Shown here: positions 1 to 12,860 of the stretch, piece by piece
How positions within the stretch are numbered: position 1 is the first letter of the stretch
Layout of the letters: each line of letters begins with the position of its first letter
DNA from: Octopus sinensis
Lineage: Eukaryota
Direction of reading: 5' to 3'
Assembly (NCBI RefSeq): GCF_006345805.1
Contig: NC_043005.1
Location: forward strand, 59,892,001-59,956,000
Length of the DNA stretch: 64,000 nt
The notes under the pieces: generated by a model
Seen by the model: only the letters and a program-made list of their open reading frames with translations
Told to the model about the DNA's origin: nothing
Databases searched by the model: none
Position numbers and translations under genes: made by a program

Positions 1-390
1 TATAATGCTATATAAAATGCAATGCTTTAGAATCAAATTTACACTAATCTTAGTTCATTGTGTTTATGATATATTTCAATGGCTGCATTGAAGCTATCAA
101 GTATGTAATACTCTAAATTTACATACTGTCCAGAAATCGTATCTGCAATGTGATTCAAAACATTGCATAAAATGTAATCTTGTGAGGGGGTAGAATGTAT
201 GCTCCGAATATAGCGAACTAAATCCATTCTCAAGCAGTTTAGCTTTAAACATATAAATCTTATAGGATAAAGGCTGTTCCATTATAAGAATACATTATTA
301 GTACACGGTTGTCACCATTATATCTGATTTTACAGCAATAACGTTCATCATGCAAAATTCGTCTCTTTTATTATAGCTCATATAAAAAAT

Positions 391-500
391 GCGTGGCCGA
401 GTGATTAGTGTATTCAGTTCGTAATCATAAGTTTGCGGTTTCAATTCCTGAACTGAAAGTGTCTTGCGTTCTTGAGCAGGTACTAAATTTCACATTGGTC
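391..500 (+). mobile_element. tRNA-derived SINE head (decayed)
   Basis: A-box-like TGGCCGAGTG, B-box-like GGTTTCAATTCC, then GTGTCTTGCGTTCTTGAGCAGG resembling the CORE-like segment of other SINE copies in this window. Confidence 0.55.
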
Positions 501-519
501 TTCTACGCTTCCACCTCCC

Positions 520-724
520 TTTCATTTCTTCTTCCCCTTCCTCTTCTGCTCCTTATCCCCCTCCTCCACCTCTTTCCCCTTCCTCTTCTTCCTCCTTCTT
601 CCCCTCCATCTCCCTCTTTCCCCCTCCTATTCCCCTACTTCCTCTCCTACACCTCTTTCCCTCCTCTTCATCGCCCCTTCCACTTCCTCGTCCTACCTCA
701 CTCTTCATCAGCATTGTCATCTCA

Positions 725-768
<44 letters not shown>

Positions 769-860
769 CACCACCACCACCACCACCACTACTACTTCTA
801 CTACTACTACTACTACGATTACTACAACTACTGCAACTACTACTACTATTACTACAAGGC
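520..860. repeat. Pyrimidine-rich low-complexity tract plus (CTA)n(CCA)n compound microsatellite
   Basis: Directly visible; explains the poly-L/P/V ORFs at 408-965 and 553-939. Confidence 0.95.
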
Positions 861-894
861 TACAAAATACTGCTGTTGTACACCACGGTAACAG

Positions 895-1095
895 CACTGA
901 CAGAATCGTTGGTATGCAGGGCAAAGTGCCCAGCGGCATTCTGTCCGACTTTACGGTTGGAGTAAAAATTCCACCGAGGTTTTCTTTGCCTTACGTCCTT
1001 TCGGGATCGATAAAACAAGTACAATTAAACACTAGCGTCGATACAATCGCCTTCCCCACACTCTAGAAATTGCTGGTTTTATGCTAAAATTGGAA
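895..1095 (+). mobile_element. Abundant octopus-type tRNA-derived SINE (decayed)
   Basis: GACAGAATCGTTGG head, AAATTCCACCGAGG B-box region, CTTTCGGGATCGATAAAACAAGTAC body; homologous to copies at 24.3, 40.3, 43.3, 46.6 and 59.4 kb. Confidence 0.7.
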
Positions 1096-1544
1096 ACCAA
1101 TATTTAGGAGAGTGATGATACACACTTAGTAGGCAAGAAACAGTACATGCTACATCGAAAAGAGATGGTGTATATACATATATCCATAAACACATACTCA
1201 CATATATATTTGTGTGCGCGTGTGAGCATGAGTTCGTCTATGTGTGTATTTGTGTGCGCTCGTGTGTATATATATATATATTTTATATATATATATATAT
1301 TTCGTTTTGGAATTTGGTTTGTAAGATTCTTTATGTGAGTTTGTGTGTTGGAGCATATTCTGTCGTGTCCGGGGAGAGTTACTTTTTTTTGTGCCTTATA
1401 ATTTAACACACACTCTTGAAAAGGTTGCAACACGCAACGAAAATTTTAGGAAAATAAAAATAAGAAATAAGTAGAAATTTTAACGGTGAGTGTGTTAAAT
1501 TATAAGGCACAAGGAAAAAAATTGACTCTCCCCTGACACAACAG

Positions 1545-1601
1545 TATGTACGTACGTACGTACATACATACACACACACACACACACACATACATACATA
1601 G

Positions 1602-1647
<46 letters not shown>

Positions 1648-1835
1648 ACACACATACATACATACATGCATGCATGCATGCATGCATACATACATACATA
1701 CATACATACATACATGCATGCATGCATGCATGCATGCATGCATGCATGCATGCATGCATACATACATACATACATACATACATACATACATACATACATA
1801 CATACCTACCTACCTACCTACCTACCTACCTACCT
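1545..1835. repeat. Compound microsatellite (CA)n/(CATA)n/(CATG)n/(CCTA)n
   Basis: Directly visible. Confidence 0.95.
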
Positions 1836-2150
1836 GGCACTCCCCAGGTGCTTCGGCAACGAGTTCTCTTCAACGACTGGTTCCGATCAACGGAACAGAC
1901 TGGTCCTGGAATCAACGAGCCTCCGCAAACACGCGTGCACTCAATGTAGTTCTCAGAGACATTGAGTTTGACACAGAATGTGACAGGGCTGGTCTTTCGA
2001 AATAAAGGTACTACTCATTTTTGCCAGGTGAGTGGAATAGAGCAGCGTAATATAAAGTGTCTTGCTCAAGGACACAGGGCGCCGCCGAGAATCGAACTCA
2101 TGACTTTATGATTGTGAGCCAATTACCCTAACCACTAAACCACGCGCTTT
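1836..2150 (-). mobile_element. tRNA-derived CORE-like SINE
   Basis: Minus strand: GCGTGGTTTAGTGGTTAGG (A box), GAGTTCGATTCTC (B box), GTGTCCTTGAGCAAGACACTTT (CORE-like); the tail runs into (TAGG)n. Confidence 0.75.
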
Positions 2151-2151
2151 A

Positions 2152-2221
<70 letters not shown>

Positions 2222-3864
2222 CAAACATACATACATACATATATATATAAGAAAAACAGAAAGATTGGAAAAATCCAGGGGGATTTCAACAAAGCAGTGT
2301 TTAAACGAATTTTGTTAACTATATTAAACAGACATGAATGAAGGCAAGTAGAATATGCTTCCTAATTAATTCCGTATGAATGAGAAGTAGATCCAAATAT
2401 CAGTTAGAAGAATTTAGAGAAATTCAGACTGAGACAACCAAAATACGTAGAGCGAAAATTGTAGTAAACATCTTATAAACATATTTAGATATTGAAACTA
2501 TCATTTAAAATTAATACTTCCGTAAATACATGTTAATACAACGCTTTCAAAGCGATCCAAGATTATTTAAAATCAAAGTGACACACACACACACGCACAC
2601 ACCCACACATACACAAAGAACCACGGGTTATCATTCAATTATCACAAACTGTTAATTACCGCCTAATTAATGGTAGAGATATGCTAAAACGGCGTATACA
2701 TTTAACGATAGAGAGTAAAAAAAATTGTAGGCCATGTTAGCGTTCTATAACCATCTTTAATCATCAAATAATAGTTTCAGATATTTCAAACCAAATTAGA
2801 ACATGCAAATATACATATCAGATATTTAGATTACTGATGGAAGTGTCATATGCATTACATAACACTGATAAAAAAAATTCTGACAAATATGTAAGGTGTA
2901 ATATTTCCCAGTAGTAAAATATTTCGTCTCCAGTTAAGCATTCTAATAGATAATTCTTCGAATCAGAAAATTCAACAATTCTTAAAAGACAAAAATTCAA
3001 TAGAAGCAAAAGTTTCACTAAAGTTTTCTCTAGTGATAAGTAATAAAGAAACACAGGATAGAAGTCGTTATTTATTATGTTTATACTTTTTTTTAAACTT
3101 CAGATAATGGAGAAACGAAGATTCACACTAAAAAGACACGAAAGCGCCAGCAGGAGAGAGGTTCTGTACTCAAGAATTATCACCCTATCCATTAGCATAA
3201 CAAACAGACGTTGCACAATCGTGTTTGATGTACAAACACGCACATAGGAAAAAGCATACACAAATATTTAGACACACGCACACATATATGTATCATTCAG
3301 ATACACAGAAGTATATTCATAAATATATATATATATATATGAACGTACATGTCATGCGTATGTTGGGAGGAGGGGGTTGTGTGTGGGTGGGTATGAGCGT
3401 GCAAATGTATGCATGGTTCTATGCGTATTTGAGTGCCAAAATATGCACTGAACCAGTGATAAGCCCAACGGAACTCAACAGGGGAAGAAAGATTCAAACA
3501 GGCTATTGTTCAAAAATGCATGAGTAAAAAGATACATACACAAGCTACTAAACACACAAACAAATAAACAAACAAACAGGCTCACAAATGTGCGAACATA
3601 CGCATAAACAAACTGATAAGCACACATATATTGATGCATTCAATGGCGTATTTATTCGGTTCGTTGCTGTTATAATTTAAGCAAGAACGATTATTTAATT
3701 CATGACGTGAACTTAAGATGAGAGAGTTGTTTTCGGCATGAAAGTAAGTTAGCTTTCACAGACTTGCACTAACTCACACGCGCTTGTAATCTTAAAAATA
3801 TTGTCACCAATATATACGTATCTCTCTCTCTCTCTCTGCCTCTTTATATATATATATATATATA

Positions 3865-4023
3865 TTGATGGAAATGGCAAGACAACAAAGGAATGAAAGA
3901 GACCTCGATATTATGTAAATAGAGGAATTTATCTGTAAATATAGAATATGACAATTATTCGGTAGCCATGATAAATCTCCGAGTTTCGGATGTCGTGGCG
4001 GAAACCCACGCCGGCATCTCTTC
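3865..4023 (-). mobile_element. PLE-like 3' terminal arm (family F) with 5'-broken hammerhead
   Basis: Minus strand: TGAAGA-GATGC..ACATC-C-GAAA-CTCGGAG-AT-TTATC, ending at (TA)n; inverted homolog of 30085-30256. Confidence 0.65.
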
Positions 4024-4215
4024 ATCCATTACAACATCCATTGGAATATCATAGCCAAGTGCAAGCCCTACATCAACGGCAGTGGAAAGTGCAGTCTTTG
4101 TGATATGGAAAGATGACTCATCTGGAAAAGTAGCTTAGACCCCGCCACATGTCTAAATTCAAGAAGTGAACTTTTCGGATCATGTCCACATCTGGCTAAA
4201 TATTTTTTTACGTTC
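4024..4215 (+). pseudogene. C-terminal fragment of a Penelope-like (Naiad-type) GIY-YIG endonuclease ORF
   Basis: Frame from 4033 reads NIHWNIIAKCKPYINGSGKCSLCDMER*LIWKSSLDPATCLNSRSELFGSCPHLAKY. This matches the recalled PLE C-terminal pattern W.I...PY.NG...C.LC..EK..I....LN.RSEL...C.H. In-frame TGA at 4114-4116. Confidence 0.75.
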
Positions 4216-4819
4216 TTGGTCACCCTGAGTTTACAGATAGGACCTGCTCTCTATGTTGTGTCCACATACAAGTTTTTATCTCTCTATACTAGCTACTTAT
4301 ATTTCTTATATATTTTTTATATAAATCTGTCTATTATGCCTACTCATAATAAATGATAGATTTTTCTCCAAAATTAATAAATATTAGATTTATAATTTCT
4401 CCTTTAATCTAACGTATCAAAATAATCAACACCTACTAGCTAAGTATAAAGCCGATTTATATAAGTATAAAATAATCTCTGTATTCTCTATAACCTTTTG
4501 TTATATAGGTGGTCATTGTGACCATCTAGCATTGACTAGTTTTCTTGATACAAAATCTGTTTGCCAAATAGCAGTAAACAGCTTCTAGGGCATTATAACC
4601 CCCTCTCTACTTGAATTTCTTTAGGAATACCTTCTGACATTTATTTCACCCCTATTTCTATAAATAGAAAATCTATTTTGTCTCCATTCAACTGAATATA
4701 CTTCCCCACCTTCTAGCAGTTCAAAATAACTTAAAGAATATTCTCGAGTCTGAAGATAAATTCAACTAGCTTAATATAAATTAACATGAAAATATGCATT
4801 AATGGAAAACCTCTATAAA

Positions 4820-4889
4820 TGGTTGATGATTGCTCAACATTTCAAAACTTTTCAATAATAAAATGATGTAGCGTGAAACGATCGTACCA
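4820..4889 (+). ncRNA. Decayed type I hammerhead ribozyme (C3>U) in PLE 3' UTR
   Basis: TGG-TTGATGA-long stem II-GAAA-CGATCG-TA-CCA: palindromic stem III, GUA triplet, stem I TGG/CCA. Lies downstream of the GIY-YIG fragment and just before (TA)n at about 4923. Confidence 0.65.
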
Positions 4890-4947
4890 AATTACCGAAG
4901 ATATTCTTGTTGCTTATTTTGATTATATATATATATATATATGTATG

Positions 4948-5042
<95 letters not shown>

Positions 5043-5104
5043 GTGTATGAATACATATATACATATATGTGTATATATGTGCATGTTTCTCTCTCTCTCT
5101 CTAT

Positions 5105-5850
5105 CTATCTATCTGTAGAGATATACAACACTTTTCTAACGACTGACAAGCGAGACAAGCTCCTTACGGTAAGTAATATGGAGTTACATCAGCACCTTTT
5201 TTCAGATTTGATTAATCTTTATCGCCGAGGGTTAAATCAATTAACTCTCCTTATCAGTCTTATAGAGAACACATTAGAAAACATTGACTGATTCCCAAAA
5301 TGGCGAAGTGAGAATTATTTAATAATATCTCTGCTCCTTCCGCCGTTCCTTATCCCGTGCGTAACGCTTTAACGTGATCAGTGGAATGGGGAGGAAAGGA
5401 GAGGTGGAAGCCGAGGAAAAGGGAGGAGAATGATGGGGAAGGAGAAGTGGTGATGGGGAGTGAAATGTGTAATTTGTTTTTGACTATGTTTTACCTCCGT
5501 TACTTAGTCCGTCTGTAACGCTTTCACGTGATTAATTGAATGGAAAAGTGAAGAGCGGAAGAAAAAGGAGAGAGAAAAGCAGGGTAAAGCGAAGAGTGAG
5601 AGAGATGGGGGAGAGAGATGTTTATTAAGTCTATAAAATTGTGCATAAAGTATATAAAATGTGTATATATAAAGTGCATAAGTAATCAACGAATTCCAAT
5701 TTACTTTACTTTTCAATGAATAGCAGATGAGCGATTATCGTTTGATAGAGACAACAGAGGCTACGCTTTCAGGTATTTTGAATAAAGTTTTCAGAAATAA
5801 CGCAATAACTTTCCTATTAATTCTGTGAAATAACCACGGGTCTCGCTAGT
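5105..5850 (+). mobile_element. Helitron-like non-autonomous element (tentative)
   Basis: 3' end AACCACGGGTCTCGCTAG|T (CTAG at 5846-5849 followed by T); possible TC start within TCTATCT; internal duplicated GTAACGCTTT(A/C)ACGTGAT motif. The 5' boundary is uncertain. Confidence 0.45.
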
Positions 5851-5971
5851 AAATTATTAGAGAGACGGAGCATTCTAGACAGCACCGGCATTGCTAGAAA
5901 TAAGAGTAAGATATTGTCTCCCTTGTTAGTCGTTAGAAAAGTGCTCTCACGTAGCTACGGATTGTATTGAG

Positions 5972-6022
<51 letters not shown>

Positions 6023-6060
6023 ATCTATCTCTATATATCTCTCTCTCTCTCTCTCTCTCC

Positions 6061-6098
<38 letters not shown>

Positions 6099-6148
6099 GT
6101 GTGTGTGCGAGTATGCGTGTGATATATGCATATGTGTATATATGCGTA

Positions 6149-6202
<54 letters not shown>

Positions 6203-7479
6203 TATACGTATATATATATACATATATATAAATATATATGTGTGTGTGTGTTTGTGCTTGTGTGTGTATTTGTGTGTGTGTGTTTGTAATCTGCAAGTTG
6301 TACAAATGGCCGAAAAAGAGCACATTTTAAAATAAGTATTGAGCAGTTATATTTTATGTAGTCGAGTATTATATCCTTGGATGTGCCCAAGTAGAACAGT
6401 TAACGTAAAACCAAAAGTAACATTCTGCCCAGTTATATGCCATAACTAAGAATGCGCAATTCGATTATATATATATGTATATATATGTGAATACGTATAG
6501 CTGTATATAAGTATATATATAATCTCTCTCTCTCTATGTATATATATATATATATTTATATGTATATGTGTGTGTGTGTATTAATGGGTATTAAGTATGT
6601 ACATATCTCTGTGAGTATGCATTTGTGCGTGTACGTATAAAATGTAAACTGTAAGAAATATCTGATGCACACGCAAATAAAAAGGTAGATTGATTGATAG
6701 ATATCCATATATTTACATTTGTACACATTTCTATCGCTGCATGCACACGTAATACATATACATATATGTGCATATATAATCGTTATTACTCCTCGGTTCT
6801 TTATTAAGAATTCATACAGTTTCTTATAAATTGGACTTCCATGCAGTCTTGCGTAGCAGTCGTAGCAAATCTATTCTCACTGCCAAGTCTCTAAAGAATG
6901 GGAGGACAATAAATGAGGAAATTCTTCCAGGCCATAAAGTAAGCCATTTTCTAGTGGATTCGACCGGTTTTAAAAGAATTGATCTGAACTGAAAAAGTTA
7001 ACATACATTCCGAAATATACTATTCATCTCCAACTGTGTGTGAGCTGTTTTAATGGAGTTCGTCTGGAACGTAACAGATTTATGTGTATCAAAGCAATGA
7101 ATTAGAAAACTGCAGAATATAGATGTATACGTCTTACTACATTATCTCTCATTGTGATAATTTCAACTCAGGTGTTCAAATCTTGTTGAGATACACATTA
7201 TTTTATTATTGCGTAATATAATAATTAGTCAGAATTCATAACACATAAAAAATGACCATGTAGTTTCGCACTCTATTTCGCAAACGGGTTTCCGAGTTCG
7301 ATATCACTGCGTTGCACACTGAGCAAATTTGTTTCTTGCAGATTATTTTGTATACCCTGTGTTGTGAGTGTAATTGTATAATTTGAAAGGTAATCACTTT
7401 TACTATCATCTCTACATATTTGAGGCTGCTGTATGCAAAACATTTACGTGTCATTTTATCATGTCAATTAAATATGTCA

Positions 7480-8060
7480 ATGCGGAATACAAATGTAGAT
7501 GTGCTAAGTTTTCCGAATTCTTTCTTCTGCCTGCCACTGCAGAACTCTTTGTCAGTTCTTCATGACATATTTCAAGCATCTTATAGCTGGAGCTAGCTTA
7601 CACGTACCTACAATTTCCATAATCCATGAATGAGAATACTAGCTAAATCTTCCAGGTAGTTAAACCATCTCATGTTGAGATCAATTTTTTTTCTTCAGTT
7701 TTTAGGTAGATATTTCTTGATCAATAACTGATCGTTACAGACATCTCCGCTTTTACAGACACCTTTTGTTCTCCAGCGAGTAGGGTGTCTTCAATCAGTC
7801 GTTTTTCACTTGAAACTATATTATTGCAGTTAAGGTTTTGTGGATTGTAGGAAGATATTGTAGAGGTCAATAAGTTTTAGCCATTTGTGGTTTTCATAGA
7901 TTTGAGCATTACGATGGTTTCCTTTCCGTGAGCCAGTAAGGTGTTGTCTCTAAGTCTGCCAACAACTTTGTTAATTATTTCAAAAAGAAGCCGGATATAT
8001 TCTCATATGTTGCCTGAATTGTGCAGTATTTTAATTACTTTCGTTGCCATAGACATCCGA
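7480..8060 (-). pseudogene. R4/Dong-like (RLE) LINE reverse transcriptase fragment, heavily decayed
   Basis: Minus translation across frameshifts gives PYWLT..., EQKVSV/CNDQLLIKKYL..K...LNMRWFNY, matching the PDWLT..GRT, EQKG..G.KDQLLI, NLSMAWIDY motifs of RLE-clade RTs. Confidence 0.6.
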
Positions 8061-9237
8061 GATTATTCAAATGGTGCATATGTTAATTTTTATATTTTAG
8101 TCTAATATAATTACATATAATTATAGATGTAATTAGATATAAAGACTATCTGTGCTATTATGCAGTGAATATCTACATATATTTCTGTCAATCCCTCTGT
8201 CTATCTACGTATCTATTTGTTTTCATATATCGCTTAGACATTAAGATGCCAATAACCGGGTACTAGAAGTCATTATTCATATGCTTCAGTACGAAGCGTC
8301 AATCGAGTACAAAGCGGTAATACGAAATTGGTGTATATATCTATGTTCGCGTTCTTTGAAACCTTAAGTTAATACGTTATTCGTTATACTTTGCCCATGT
8401 TGTCTTGCCTTTCATTTTATAATTACATAATGTTTACGCAGATATCATATTCAAAGTATATTGTTTCGTGCTCTGCACCTAGGCTCCTTTTTTCATAGTT
8501 TTTCTGTTTCTTTTTCTCCTCTATCTCTTCTCATTTTCTTTTCTATTTTATAAGCTCCTCTTATGCACCACCATTCCACGCACAGATACACAATTATATA
8601 TATATATATACACACACATATGCATACATATATATTGTTTGATAATAGAAAATAGAAAAAAAAGGTTTTTCTTCATTTGAAATCACTGCAGTTCTTTCAA
8701 CACATTCTTATACCTTTAGTACACTGGCAAGATGCTGTGTAATCATTATCAGGTGTAACATTGTATAAAAAAAACTGTAGTGATTTTCAAATAAAGCATA
8801 TCGTTAATTTCTATTACTTCCATTTTTCTAATTAAAATTTGTTTAACAGCTTCTCTTAATTTTCCAAACACGCTGCCACTTACTTTGACATCATACATGA
8901 ATATTCTCTCTACCGCTATATCTTTCTTTATTATTTCTTTACTCTCTTATCTCATCTATCTTCATCTCTTTCTTCTGTCCCTCTCTATACTTTACTATGC
9001 TCTAAACTTACTCTCGTTTCGTTGCTTCCTTTTCTTTCTGACTCTCCCTCGATTTATCTCCCTCTGTTAATCCCACAGCCAACTATATATCTATCTATCT
9101 TTCTTCCTTTCTTTCCTTATTACATTCTTTCTCATTTTTCCTCACAATAAATGCAACTACTGTTTTCTCCATTCAGCATGCTAGATTGAATAATTAGCAA
9201 CCAACAGAAAAAGAAACACACTTTGACATGGAACATA

Positions 9238-9313
<76 letters not shown>

Positions 9314-9338
9314 GTATATATATATATGTATATATATG

Positions 9339-9385
<47 letters not shown>

Positions 9386-9442
9386 GTATATATATACATA
9401 TATATATATATGTATATATATATATGTATATACATATGTATA

Positions 9443-9474
<32 letters not shown>

Positions 9475-9475
9475 C

Positions 9476-9518
<43 letters not shown>

Positions 9519-9569
9519 CATATATGCATGCATACATACATATATATATATACATACATATATGCATGC

Positions 9570-9623
<54 letters not shown>

Positions 9624-10268
9624 ACTCTTCTTTTATATATGCATATTTTCCTAAATATATCCCTGTTAGCACACAAATGAGTACTCTCATAAATGTTTCA
9701 GATTGGCATAATGATTAATATTGACTTACCATTCACTAAGAATTATTCAGCTGGTTTTCGTGCTGAAGGTAGTAGACAATGTCTATAATTGGATTATATT
9801 GAGTTACTAAATTCTACAGAGCCACAAGCAACTCACAACATATTAATCATTTATATTAATGCTATATGCAACTATACCTAAAACTATCAGATGCTAAATA
9901 AATGAGAAATATATTATCAAAATTTAACATTTCTGACAATAGCATCTGTAATAACATTACGAAGCTGCAAGAAATGTTTAGGAATCACTTGAGTCAAGTT
10001 CAACTGTATAATGTAGAGTATCCTTGAGTCTGAATTGTCGAGGTTACAACAAATGCATCTAAATTATGCAGAATTATGGATTGTAACAAAATGAATAACA
10101 AGCCAGCTCATAATAAGATGTAAAAATTATGTTTGGAAGACTGTAAAGAAACGAATTTAAATACAAAGTGAATAACATTGTAAATTATACAGTTCTGTAT
10201 TTAACAGATGATGAATTATGTACATTATTTACATTTCACGGATATTTGTCCGCATCTTTTTTGTTGTT

Positions 10269-10314
10269 AACACAACATTTCGGCTGATATACCCTCCAGC
10301 CTTCATCAGGTGTC
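10269..10314 (-). ncRNA. Minimal type I hammerhead ribozyme (family C, left arm)
   Basis: GACAC-CTGATGA-A-GGCTG(loop)CAGCC-GAAA-TGTT-GTGTT; stem I GACAC/GTGTT; the stem III C is mutated to T relative to the right arm. Confidence 0.8.
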
Positions 10315-10384
10315 TTGGGTAAATTTCAAACCTGAGTTCTCATTCCTAAGGTATGTTTCGATGTTATTATCATCATCATCATTA

Positions 10385-10415
<31 letters not shown>

Positions 10416-10481
10416 TAATATTAGTAATAATAACATCGAAAAATACCTTAGGAATGAGAACCCAGGTTCGAAATTTGCCCA

Positions 10482-10527
10482 GGCATCTGATGAAGGCTGG
10501 AGGATATATCAGCCGAAACGTTGTGTT
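10482..10527 (+). ncRNA. Minimal type I hammerhead ribozyme (family C, right arm)
   Basis: GGCAT-CTGATGA-A-GGCTG(loop)CAGCC-GAAA-CGTT-GTGTT; palindromic ACGT stem III, GUU triplet; stem I weakened to wobble pairs. Confidence 0.8.
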
Positions 10528-11919
10528 AACAACAATAAGATGAGACAAATATTCGTCAAGTGTAAATAATGCAAATAATGTATTGTAAATTATATAAAAT
10601 CGTGGGAGCAGAAGGAGAATAAGTCTGAGCGTGTTCAGGATATGAAGAGTAACAGTTTAAGGGTAAACTCAATATATTAAATTGCACATGACCTCAACAG
10701 AACCAGAGGATAAGTAAGTATAACTTCGAAAAAGAATGGTCTAGAAATATTGTTTTACTTCCACAGCAGCTACAACTAGAAATACAAGGATCAAACACGT
10801 CATCCCCCGAAACTTCTAGAAATAGCGATCAAATCTCCCCCAGATCTTACACTGCGTTTTGAACGAAGGAACACATTGTTAAATGCCTTCGTAGATAAAT
10901 AAATAGCAAGTGTAATCAAAGCTGGAACACTTTTAATCATAAGTCAATATGTCAGGCTCAATCAGAACGGACAACAGAGCTAAAGAAGAATAACAAACAT
11001 TGGCATTGCTTACTATAACGTGATTGGCACTAAATATAATTGAACTAGTGCAACTGAAAGACTATATATGCAATGATATTAAATCTTTGACAAATTACAC
11101 TGAGGTTATTATGTACAATGTGTTATACTATACATTATCAATAACTATATGAAACATATCTATTATATATAATTCGAGTCTTAAGCAATAATTGTTTTGG
11201 TTTGGCAGATGTTTGCTAAGATTTGACTACATGTAATTTAATGTGTAACTTCGGATAACTGTACATAGTGCCAGAAACTGAATTTTCAAAGATTTTAAAT
11301 TATCTTTGTTCAGCTTGAAAGATCATTATTTTCTTTCAAAACATTATCGAATGAATTCTTTTTAAGCCATAATAATACATTTCTTTCTTGTTTTGATCTG
11401 AATTAGAGAAAAGTTACACGATCTCTAATAGAGCAATTTTATGGCTATTACTGGTAATAAATGCGCTTCGTTCAATGCGATCACAACTTCTCCCTACAAT
11501 CAATTGCGCTGTGAATCTTATGAATTATATGCTGCAGGACAGACGCAATAAAAACAAAACACAACAGATCCTACGAATGTTGAACGTCAACTAAACAATC
11601 ACACCAATTATAGAATATCTGAGTATTTGTGATCTCGGGGCAATTATTTACACTTAAGTAATTGATAATCAACTTTTACGTATGAAGAATTGTTCAACTA
11701 AAGATGACTAATGCCTCTTTTGATGATTGCAACAGATGAGAAATTGCAAGCATTTCTTATTTATTGGATTTTGTATCAATTATGCTGAGGTAACCTAGGT
11801 GCAATACATAGTTATTTTATATAGACAAAATACAGGGCATAGTCACAAAAGCAGAAATTGCTGTCAACTTACATTTGCGTACAATAAAAATTTCATATAA
11901 ACACGCAGTGAGATGATTT

Positions 11920-12860
11920 AAAATAAGATTTGGAAATATCCTACCTTTGGATAGTTATCGGTCTAAGAGGAACAATATTGAAACTTTCAAGCGCAGGGTG
12001 CGAAGCTTTAGAAGAGAAAGCGAAGGAAGTAAAGGAGTGATATGTAGGGATCGAGGAGATAAGTTTACGAAAGGGCGTGAATTGAGTGGGAGGTGGTATG
12101 AGTACTGTGGGTAGATGCATAAGTAGAGTGCAAGTTATACCTTGCGGATGAAAGTAAACTATGGTCAACTTTTATAGCATGATCCAAGTCAGTGTGTGGG
12201 CGGTGTTACGGGTCAGATGAGGGAACGTGGAGGAAAAGTCGGAATGCAGGGTACATGAGGCTATTGGCAACATACTGAAGTAAACCAAAGAGGATGGAAA
12301 TAGGAATAGAATGTCATAGTGAGGAAAATGCCAAGAAAAGGTAAGTGTACAAGTTCAAGGTTGAAAGGAATGAGAAACTTTAAAGACTGGCCAATTATAA
12401 AGACAGTGTGCAGAGAAGAATTATACAGTAGAATACAGAGACACGTTGGAGCGGAGTGGCGGTTGGTTGAAATAACGAAAAGAGTAAACTTGAACGCTAC
12501 CTATAACACAATACACATCCTGCGACTCGACTTGTGACCTAAGATTTATTGTAAGGAAAATACAGCGACAAATTAGGCATAGAGATGGCGAATATATGGC
12601 ACTGTGGTCCAATAAAAGAAAATGCGATGAAGGTTATGGTGAAGTTGTCGAGTTGCATGGTTGGAAGGTAAGAGGAGACAAACCTAGAAGGGCGAGTGTT
12701 TATGCGATAGGCAAGGTGACTGATGTATTGTGCTATATAAGGTGCGGCGCTATAGGTGTAAGAAAAAAAGGTATTATTATTCAACTTGGAAAAAAAGTCA
12801 GTGTCGTTGCAGCAGTGCTGGCGTCTCTCATGAAATTTTTCTTCTATAGAAAAACAGTGA
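11920..12860 (-). pseudogene. Highly decayed CR1/L2/Jockey-group LINE 3' coding region
   Basis: GC-richer than flanks; minus translation gives QPPLRSNVSLCILLYNS, resembling the QPLSHRRNV.SL.LFY motif of LINE RT C-termini. Many stops. Confidence 0.4.

Larger units (their letters stand above)
10190..10581. mobile_element. Palindromic PLE-like insertion with two outward-facing hammerheads and a 13-bp TSD
   Basis: Arms 10190-10370 and 10426-10581 are reverse complements around an (ATC)n spacer; flanked by direct repeat ATTGTAAATTATA at 10177-10189 and 10582-10594. Confidence 0.9.

Noticed and set aside
4114-4116. In-frame TGA in the PLE endonuclease fragment as possible selenocysteine (some Naiad PLEs encode selenoproteins)
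   Set aside because: It falls at a non-Cys position after the CxxC (C-D-M-E-R-*), and no SECIS could be identified by eye; an ordinary nonsense mutation is more likely.
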